Positions 53,235 to 64,000 of a stretch of 64,000 bases of DNA are shown here, piece after piece. The translations under genes and the position numbers were made by a program. The notes beneath the pieces were generated by a model that was not told where the DNA came from, searched no databases, and was given only the letters and a program-made list of their open reading frames with translations. Source of the stretch: Eledone cirrhosa (lineage: Eukaryota); NCBI GenBank assembly GCA_964016885.1, contig OZ024743.1:16554001-16618000 (forward strand), given 5' to 3'. Positions within the stretch are counted from its first letter, which is position 1, and each line of letters begins with the position of its first letter.

Positions 53235-55402
53235 ACACAAATAAATAAATAATTAAATAAACGTATATAAATAAATAAATACGTATATAACATGCGCACA
53301 CACATACCTACATGTAAATACACAAATGTTCAGAGACGTAAGTCAACCAAAACAGGAAGTACACATATACGCACACCCTACATACGTACGAACCTGCATA
53401 CTCACACAGACGCAAAACTCCCGCATACACATAACCAAATCATATGTACCAGTCCCCACTTTACCCTGAAGGATCACAAATCCAATTTTCCGAACAACCC
53501 CTCTATTCGGCTTATTAACCCTACGAAGTCCAATTTAGGTAGACTTAGTAAAAGCATTCTTGATCGAATTATACCTGAAATTAGAAGTTTGGCCCCTCTT
53601 GCACTGTGGAACAATTCTTTGGCGGTGTTTGATTGGTTCAACGGCATATGCAACAGGAATCATTGCCGTTTTATCCAATTCGACATCAACAATTACTACT
53701 CCTCCATCACTTTAACACTTGTCCTTAGAGCTATCAATTTCGCTAAAACACACACAGTGGTTAAAGATTTCGAAGTTGATGTCATCCTCAATGCCCGTAA
53801 GACGGTGATTAATTACAACGACTCTATTTGGATTAAAAAATCCAATAGTACCCCATTCGACATGAGTATGGACGCCAGCGATTCTGCGGAGGTTACTGAT
53901 CTTATCGGCCTTTTCCTTCTTTTCTCTATCAAGGATGAATTCCCCAACGCGGACGGTGGTTTGTACCGTGATGATTGTCTTTTGACCATGACTAAGTGCG
54001 GACCTCGTGCTTGCGACAGGTTAAGAAAAAGAACTCACAGCCTTCTTTAAAGGCTTCAATCCCTCTATACAGGTTGAGGCCAATCTCTGGGTCGTTAATT
54101 ACCTCGACGTTACCCTCAATTTATCGAAAGGGTTGTATTAGCCGTATAGAAAGCCGGATGATACGCTTAATTACATAAGTAAGCATTCCAACCATCCTGC
54201 CAGCATAACCAAGAACCTGGTAAGAAACGTTTCGTTGAGGCTTTCCCGTCTATCTACTAACGAGCATATTTTCAACGACCATTCCACTTATTACAATGAA
54301 GCTCTTGCTCGGAGTGGATTTGTCGATAAGGTACCATATACAGAGTACGAAAATAGACCTAGAAGAAATAGATCGCGTCGCATTTGTTGGTATAACCCAC
54401 CATATAATATGGAGGTGGCCACACCATTAGCTATTATCTTTCTTTCCCTTATTGCGAATCATTTTCCCCCTACACATAAACATATTATAATTTTTAATAG
54501 AAATACTATTAATATTTCTTCCTCTACGACTCCCAACCTTGCACATTACATCACAGCTTCAAATTTAGCTAAATTACCTAGCCGTAGGAACACGTGCTAC
54601 CCTGTAGTTAGTACTAACTGTAATTGTAGGAATTGGGTTGATTGCCCCCTATCCGGGAAATGCCTCTCTAGTAACATTGTCTACAAATGTAAGGTTGAAA
54701 CACCCACGTCCCGTAGGGCCTACATAGAGTTAACCGCCAATAGATTCAAGCAGCGTCTTTACATGCATACCCATTCTTTTTGTTACCTTCTAATAAGGAA
54801 TATGACGTCATTTTCAGCTTATATCTGGAGTCTAAAAGACAACCACTCCCAATATAAATTACACTGGGAGATCCTAGCTAGAGCTAGATCGTATAACGGA
54901 AATAAAAGACCATGTGACCTCTGCGCTGCTGAGGCCCTGGAAATACTCTACACCAGAGACCACATTTAAACAAAAAATCAGCCCCACATTATACCCTAAC
55001 GGATAGTACGATCTATACGTGGATATTTTACGTCTTGATGTGGTAGCTAAGTATATGTTTTGTTTATACCAATACTTATTTGCATGGGTAAGTATATATT
55101 ACCTGTATGTTTTGTGAAGGTACGTATACTTTCTCGTACGTATATTTGATTGTATAAGTCATGGCGTATAATTTTTTATATATTCTGGTACATATGGTTT
55201 GGTTATGTGTATACGGGAGTTTTGCGTTTGTGTGAGTATGCAGGTTCGTACGTATGTAGGGTGTGCGTATATGTGTACTTCATGTTTTGGTTGACTTACG
55301 TCTCCGAACTTTTGTGTATTTACATGTAGGTATGTGTGTGCGCATGTTATATATGTATTTATTTATTTATATACGTTTATTTAATTATTTATTTATTTGT
55401 AT

Positions 55403-55444
<42 letters not shown>

Positions 55445-56015
55445 TTATATGTGCGTGGTTTTGTATACCTATGGAAAGTGTTTTCGTGTATGTACGTATT
55501 TGCATGCGTGTATGTTTTTATTTTATTTCTATTACTTCTGTATTGCATTTTATTTACTTTATTCTTAACTCTGAAGCGGAGATTCATTCGGTTTCTTAGC
55601 TAGAAATTTAGTCTACGACTTCAGCTATACCATTTACGTGCAATTGTTCTCAACGCTCCACATATGACGTATTATTTTCGCTTTTTCCATTCATTGTCAG
55701 AGAAGGTATCTATGAACCACCTAAGTGAAGATTAGTCTACGACTTCTTTTATACCATAAACGTGGTTCTGTCTTTGAGCGTAATTGTTTTTCGCCGCTCC
55801 TATTAATGACGTATTATATTCTTTTTTTCCCGTTCTTTGCCAGGGAACGTTTCCACGAACCAAAGTATCGTCTTCCCGTCTTCCTCCGGTTGCAGCGTTT
55901 TTTGAAATATACACTTCTGCGTTTACAGATTGACTTTGTTAGTCTCAGAAGATCCCGTTAAGGGTGAAAGCAGCGATTCTTTGCTTAAACTTTAATCTGT
56001 TATTTTAATAAATAT
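52510..56015 (+). mobile_element. 5'-truncated PLE (YRDD/CNC-CPL type) enclosed by ~840-bp inverted repeats with a one-sided tail
   Basis: Arms 52605-53452 and 55185-56015. Coding remnant 53453-54969: LKDHKSNFPNNPSIRLINPTKS, GGLYRDD, CNCRNWVDCPLSGKCL, IVYKC, CDLCAAE. Confidence 0.9.
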
Positions 56016-56029
56016 ATATATATATATAA

Positions 56030-56706
56030 GAGAGTATTGAAGTTTGCTTGAAGCATTGTGGAATAATAAATAAATATCTTTAAGTCGTTTGGAAGCCTCG
56101 ACAATGCAAATGGGTAAATCTCCGGGTAACAAGATCCGGTGGTGGAGAGAGAGATGTAAGTAGGTGTACGTTGAGATGCGTGGTGTGTAAAGATGTGTAA
56201 ATGTGTAGAAGAAAGAAGGGAAGAGTATAAAGGATAAAATAAAAATAACAACACAAGAGAGAGTTACCTTGGGAGAGATTTAATAGTCCCTATATATTTC
56301 GGATTCACATCCATCAACTGGGGTTTTTTTCTGGTGACCTCTGCCCGACCGTCTCCATTTCCAGCGCACGCGCGCTCTGCCGAATAACTCAGATATTCAA
56401 AACAACAAACAGCGGAGGACGCGTTTCGCACCTGTCCGACAGACAACCTTTACCCCGGAAAAAAACCCCAGTTGATGGATGTGAATCCGAAATATATAGG
56501 GACTATTAAATCTCTCCAAAGGTAACTCTCTCTTGTGTTTTTATTTTTATTTTATCCTTTATACTCTTCCCTTCAATCTTCTACACATTTACACATATTT
56601 ACACACCACGCATCTCAACGTACACCCACTTACATCTCTCTCTCCACCACCGGATCTTGTTACCCGGAGATTTACCCATTTGCATTGTCGAGGCTTCCAA
56701 ACGACT

Positions 56707-56710
<4 letters not shown>
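56030..56710. mobile_element. ORF-less fold-back element (~250-bp arms, GC-rich spacer, one-sided tail)
   Basis: 56078-56331 is the reverse complement of 56458-56710. The minus-strand spacer has GAAAC-GC-GTC. Confidence 0.75.
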
Positions 56711-56789
<79 letters not shown>

Positions 56790-56929
56790 GCATAATTACA
56801 TAGAGTGATTTAATGCTTATTTTCATTGATTTTTTGCTCCAGGAACTTGTTGAATGTTCTATATCTGTTATAAACATTTATACCCTTTTCTTAATATATT
56901 TTTCTTTTTATTATTTGTCGTATTCCCAA

Positions 56930-58428
<1,499 letters not shown>

Positions 58429-58430
<2 letters not shown>

Positions 58431-59283
58431 AGTTGTGACAGAAAAGTTCCAGGTCTGATTTCACAAAATATTTATTTCAAACCCAAACTGCACACTAAGA
58501 GTTTTCTCCATCAAATTAATCCCCGTTGAGTCTAATGCACATGTCCATCCTTTTCTGCCACGCTTGCATGTACTCCTGGGAGGATTCTTCCGGGATCCTC
58601 CGCAGTTTTATCATCACGGCCTTTTTGATGTCGTCCACGTCTTCTAAATGGGTCCCCTTAGGGTCGTACTCGAAGATCCATGACTATAACACCGGTGTTG
58701 ACTGTCCCTAGCAAGTCTGGTTCGGTTTCAAGACGCTCTAGGATGTCCTGGCACACTTGCATGCGTCGACCCTTCTGGTCATCGTTCAGCAGTTTTGGCA
58801 CTATCTTCCTGCAGACTTTCCGCATGTCCTAATATTCAGTGTGAATATGCTAGACGCTATCTCGATTCATGCCCTGCTCATTTGCCATCAGTCGAACAGT
58901 CAGTCGACGATCGCTGCGCACTATCCGCCTGACGCGCTCAACGTTGACATCACTCCTGGTTCTTGAGGGCCTTCCGCTCTGGGGTCTTCGTCCACGTCCT
59001 CGCATCCTACTTTAAACCTCTTGCACCACTCAAAAACAAGCTAGCGTGACATCTTCTCATCTCCATACACTTGCTGCAGCAATCCCAGTGCTTCTGACGG
59101 AGTTTCCAAGTTTGGACATGTATATAAAATTATGAAGAAAAGAGTTTGATCGCTGCAGAGAGCTAAGATTACAGTTACATGCTCCATGGGGATTAATTTG
59201 AAGGAGAAAACTCCTAGTGTGAAGTTTGGGTTTGAAATAAATCTGTTGTGACATCAGTCCTGGAAATTTTCTGACACACCTCG
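58429..59283 (-). mobile_element. Mariner transposon, internally deleted, ~95-bp TIRs, TA TSD
   Basis: TA-cgagttgtgacagaaaag... / ...ttttctgacacacctcg-TA. Hand translation: VYGDEKMSR, VFEWCKRFK, GRP, DRRLTVR, KIVPKLL, WIFEYDP. Confidence 0.88.
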
Positions 59284-59569
59284 TATATACATATATATAT
59301 ATATATTTATAAACGGAAAAAATGAAACGAAAATTCAATTCCCACTCTTAGTACGGCTGTTACTTAAATATAAGTATGTACACGTACATACATATATGTA
59401 TACAGAAGTACAGTAGTATGTATATATATATACATGCACACATATATATATATGTACGTATGGATTCACCGAACATTTATTATAATGCTCGGTGTGTTTG
59501 TAAACAAACATCCCGAATTAAGCCGTACAGTGTCTAGCAACCATCGTTGCTCATTTGTACAACCCTGAC

Positions 59570-59666
<97 letters not shown>

Positions 59667-59708
59667 AATATTTAATAAATGGTAAACTATATTTATAAAA
59701 CCATATTT

Positions 59709-59767
59709 ATTCTATTATATATATTCCAAGGGTACCAACACCTTGGTACGCCCTCATCAGATAAAAT
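59709..59767 (-). ncRNA. Minimal hammerhead with one core substitution (GGAA for GAAA)
   Basis: Minus strand: attttat-CTGATGA-ggg.gtaccaa-ggtg-ttggtac.cctt-GGAAT-ATAT-ATA-atagaat. Confidence 0.7.
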
Positions 59768-60904
59768 ACAAAGTTTGTTTTATAGATATTGACATATCCA
59801 GGAAGAAGGTCATAACAGTTCAAGTTTTTCCTGGATAGTAAAAGGAAAGAAGGGAAAGAGAAGAACATTCAAATATTTAAAATTATTAAGATGAGTATGC
59901 AAATGAGGTTGAGGTATAGGGCTGAAATAAACGTTATTTTTAGACACTAGGTAGATTTAAATAATTATTAGTATATATATATATGTATGTGTAGGAAGAA
60001 GAAAGAGAAAGAATGTAAAGCTTGTATTTCCGTGAATTTAAAATGAATTAACAGTTTGTAGGAATCGTTGTATATTAGACCAGAATTTAAAAGAAATTAT
60101 TTAGCTATATTATGAGTTATAATATTGTATATATAATCAATTAGATTATAAGAAGAATTATGGTTGTAAGTACATTTTATCTTATTACATTAGAACAGGT
60201 TGTAAGTATATAAATATCTATATAGATTAATAATTGTGCAAGTATAAGTATTTTTGGTGATTGTATAGAAATAAACCACACGTATTAACTGTTTAAATTT
60301 CTCATATGTGTTACGAAGGAAGTTGATTTTACATTTTACATAAATATTTAAGAAAAAGAGGTAGTTCAAGTTCTAAGAGGAGAACAATTTGTAGATTCAA
60401 ATATTTTGTTCCAACATTGAAAACTGTTTTCAAAATATTTTTAATTTAACGAAATTATATAATTTATCATATAAGTTATCATGTCTATGTTTGCTCAATT
60501 GTAAAGGAAAAGATAACTCCAATATTATTTGCTAACCATTAAATTTGATGAATGATTTACTTAGAAATTATGTAGAGAAAATTATATATTATTTTGTGTG
60601 AGATTATAAGGTATTTTATATTATATGTTTTTCAATTACATATTATTTACGTCGAAAGATGTGTGAAAAGGTTGAAGATTAAAAAGAGGAAAAAATGTAT
60701 TATTAGATAAGTCAAGAGTGCATTTCAAAGAACTATCGTAAAGAGGATATCTTTCAGAATGTCAATTAAAGAGTATCAATCTGCATCTAAAAAATAGATT
60801 AAGAAGCGTATCATTAGGTAAAGAATATCAAATGGTAAAATTACTAAATTTAAAAAGGAAGATTATTTTTAAAAAAATTAAAATTTCTAAAGAAAGACTT
60901 AATA

Positions 60905-61019
60905 AATAATTGTTTCTACTTTAGGCACAAGGCCAACAATTACCCAGTGCATTACTGGTACTTTATTTTATCGACCCCGTAAGGATGAAAGGCAAAGTCA
61001 ACCTCGGCGGGATTTGACT
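60905..61019 (-). mobile_element. Nin-domain SINE (5'-truncated) with apparent 18-bp TSD
   Basis: aaagacttaataaataat occurs at 60893 and 61024. Confidence 0.8.
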
Positions 61020-62911
61020 TAATAAAGACTTAATAAATAATAGCATAATTTTAAAGGTTTATAAGATATAGAAAAGTGTAATGAATATCATGGATTAAAA
61101 ATACTTCGGAAAGTGGAATTTTGGCGATGTCTGCAAGTAGAAAATAATTCTGTTTTTAAATTAATAGAGTTGTGACAGTTAATTATATAAAAAAATGTCC
61201 TCGATACACAAATGACAGATTCTTGAGAAAACCATATTTGGGTATGCAGGTGCTTTCGTAATCGTTCCCCAAGATATTGAACAGACCATATTGTTGTCCT
61301 TTAAATTCCAAATTAGATTTGAAAGTGAAGTGACAGATTTTCTATCGGACCTATTAAATGTATGTTTGTGGTTCTACCAGCGTTCTTTGAATTTTGTAGA
61401 AGTGGCACCTATATAGTTACATATGTTGTCTCTACTTTTAACTGTGCATTTATAAATTAAATTTTTGTCTAAGCAATTATTTTGTAAAGGGCAATTTGAT
61501 TTAATTCTACAGTTACATTTTCTGGAGTTGTTGTTACTATTATTATGGATATTGTTATTAGAAATATTATTATTGTTATCTTGGTTTGTTTGGTTACGGT
61601 TTACAATTAAGTTTCTATTATTAATTCTGTTTATATTTTGTGCTAATTCTGTTTATATTTTGTTCATAGAAGTAGAGTAGGATAGTTTTATAGTGTGTCT
61701 GTTAAAAATAGAGTGGTATCTGTGGGCTTTAGGGAAACACTTATCTAGTGCTTTAAAACATAGCTTTGCTAAAGGCGTTTTAACGCCTAAAGAGAATAGG
61801 AGAGTGTACCAAATAATATTTCTAGTTCTAATTTTTTAGTTCGGCTTTCTATTTAAGTTGAATTGTTTATTGTTATTATAATGAATTCTAGGATGATTTA
61901 TCATGTTATTTGTATCTAAGTCTTTAGTTTTATTCGAGTATCCTACTTTATGTAAATTCTCGTTGTAATATTCCACCTTATCATCACAAATATTTATATT
62001 AGCAGAGATGCGTGAAATCCGTTAATGGAGGCGGTTGACAATAGTATTTTTTATATTTCTAGGATGATTAGTATTGAAACTTACGTAATTTAGATTTTCG
62101 TTAATTTTATGGAATGAATAATAAAGACATGAGGAATGGATAATAAAGACCCTATGGAATGGATAATAAAGACATCTAAGGAATTAACGATTTTGTAATT
62201 ATTCTCGATTTCTAACTTAAGGTTGTAGTTGTTGAAAAACTGTATTATGGACTTCTTTTTCCTATTAATTCAACTATTGCTATGGTTTTCAATTAAAAGT
62301 AGCATATCATCCCGATATAAACCTCCGGTCATCTCTGACATTTTTCTATGCAGTACATTATTAATAAATAATCCCACGAGGTCCGTTACTTGCGCTGAGT
62401 CAGGTGATCCCAGAATGATATCAACATTGTTTTGTCTGTCGGTTTTGTCCAGAGATGGTTATTAAATTATATTAGGGTTTTACGTGCTGTTAGATAGCTA
62501 TGTATGTTTAGAAGCGTAGGTAAGTTTCATATTAAGTAAGCTAGGGGTAATAGAAGAGTAGTAATTTGCAATATCCATTTGAATTAATTTTTTCGTATGT
62601 TTTAATTAGTTCCGTTCCATAGTTTAAGGTGTGATTTTTCTTTAAGGAGTGGTATAATTCTATCTAGTATATGCTTACTAATTATGCCTAAGTCAGATTT
62701 AGATGGTGCGGGGAGTCTGACTGGTAGTACAACTTCAAAATTTGTTTCGTTGTCCTTCAACTTAATCTTCGGTTTTCTAGGTATAAAGGGTTCAGTCTTA
62801 TTTTGAATGCCTAATTTATAAATAATTTCCGAAGCTTCCCTATTTAGGGTTGAAAGATCTTCATTTGATGTCCTTTTGTAGATTTTCCTGAGTTCTTTCA
62901 GTATTAGGTCA

Positions 62912-62986
<75 letters not shown>

Positions 62987-62988
<2 letters not shown>

Positions 62989-64000
62989 TTATCTATAAAA
63001 GGCAGATTGTTGTTGTTGTGTGTGTGTGTGCACATGTTCCATGTTTATACATTTTCGAAATTTCAAACCGATTAGACTCAGCGTCTGTGAGAATGTTGTA
63101 CATGGTCTAACTTAGGTCAACGACTAGTTATTCCATTCAAACTCACCCAGAATTATGGAGATAATCGATAAAACTAAGTACATGACGCTTTACCCTTCTA
63201 ATAGAATCTGCTTACCTCTCTCTACTCCCCTTCACATTCGATAAAACTACATACATGCTTACAAACTTCCTTTAGGAACGCCGAAGAGAGAGAGAGAAGA
63301 GAGTGAGAGGGAGAGAGAGAACGTTTGTTTTTGAGTGTGGAACTGTCAATCATTTATTTACTTCAATGACAACGAGAACTTAACTCTCCCCCATATCACA
63401 CCCTTCCCTACTGTCTTAAATTTAGAAAACATATCCTCTATGAGGTCACTAAACCTGCTAGAAACAGCAGCTAACTCTCCCCCATATCACACTACTCCCT
63501 ACTGACTTAAATTTAGAAAACATATCCTTTATGAGGTCACTAAACTGCTAGTGACAGCAGCTAACTCTCCCCCATTTCACACTACTCCCACTGTCTTAAA
63601 TCTAGAAAACATATCCTCTATGAGGTCACTAAACCTGCTAGAAACAGCAGCTAACTCCCGCAGATATCACACCCCTCCCTACTGTCTTAAATTTAGAAAA
63701 CATATCTTCTATGAGGTCACTAAACCTGCTAGAAACAGCAGCTAACTCTCCCCCATATCACACCACTCCCTACTGTCTTACATTTAGAAAACACACATTA
63801 GACAACCATGCAGAACAACTCCATCGCAGCTCTGTTGTTCTGCTGTCATCGTCTACGCGCGTGTTGCGCAAGTACTGTGAAACAATACATTTCAACGCTT
63901 CTTTGCACAGAGATAATATCCCTAGGCGAAATTACAATTGTCACTGCTGGCGCAGCTCCTGCTTCGGCAGTCCAGGTCTGCAATTCATTCACCCAGTGCC
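62987..64000 (+). mobile_element. Possible non-autonomous Helitron-like element
   Basis: TC start after (AT)n, then tctataaaaggcaga, a GT microsatellite and an internal minisatellite. The 3' end is not seen. Confidence 0.3.
63381..63792. repeat. Minisatellite, 90-91-bp unit, ~4.5 copies
   Basis: Units start at 63381, 63472, 63562, 63652 and 63743. Confidence 0.92.

Larger units (their letters stand above)
59665..62915 (-). mobile_element. Decayed PLE related to 40911-44771, 5'-truncated
   Basis: NDLILKELRKIYKRT..KTEPFIPRKPKIKLKD, GGLYRDDMLL, CNCRIKSNCPLQNNCLDKNLIYKC, YIGAT. Terminal HHR. Confidence 0.85.

Noticed and set aside
53292-53452. Apparent N-terminal extension of ORF 53292-54050
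   Set aside because: It reads through the inverted repeat arm; RT homology starts at ~53453.
63381-63792. Regular repeats resembling a CRISPR array
   Set aside because: Whole units repeat without unique spacers, the context is eukaryotic, and no cas genes are present.

Overview
This is AT-rich eukaryotic DNA made almost entirely of repeats; no host protein-coding gene can be supported. The (AT)n/(AC)n microsatellite load and Nin-domain SINEs suggest a cephalopod (octopus-like) genome, which is an inference. The window is a nested transposon graveyard. It holds at least seven decayed Penelope-like elements (PLEs; RT plus GIY-YIG) of three types, a near full-length L1/Tx1-type LINE inside a (TAA)n tract, two CR1/L2-type LINE copies, two Dong/R4-like remnants, an RTE 3' end, a hAT transposon with TIRs and an 8-bp TSD, two internally deleted mariners, many SINEs and a ~91-bp minisatellite. 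The main unannotated signal is RNA-structural. About a dozen minimal type-I hammerhead ribozyme (HHR) motifs (five with canonical cores) sit in PLE termini and in short ORF-less elements. These elements repeatedly form asymmetric fold-back (inverted, one-sided tail) insertions in (AT)n tracts, and two such fold-back units carry tRNA-like Pol III heads. All coordinates and base-pairings were read by eye and are approximate.
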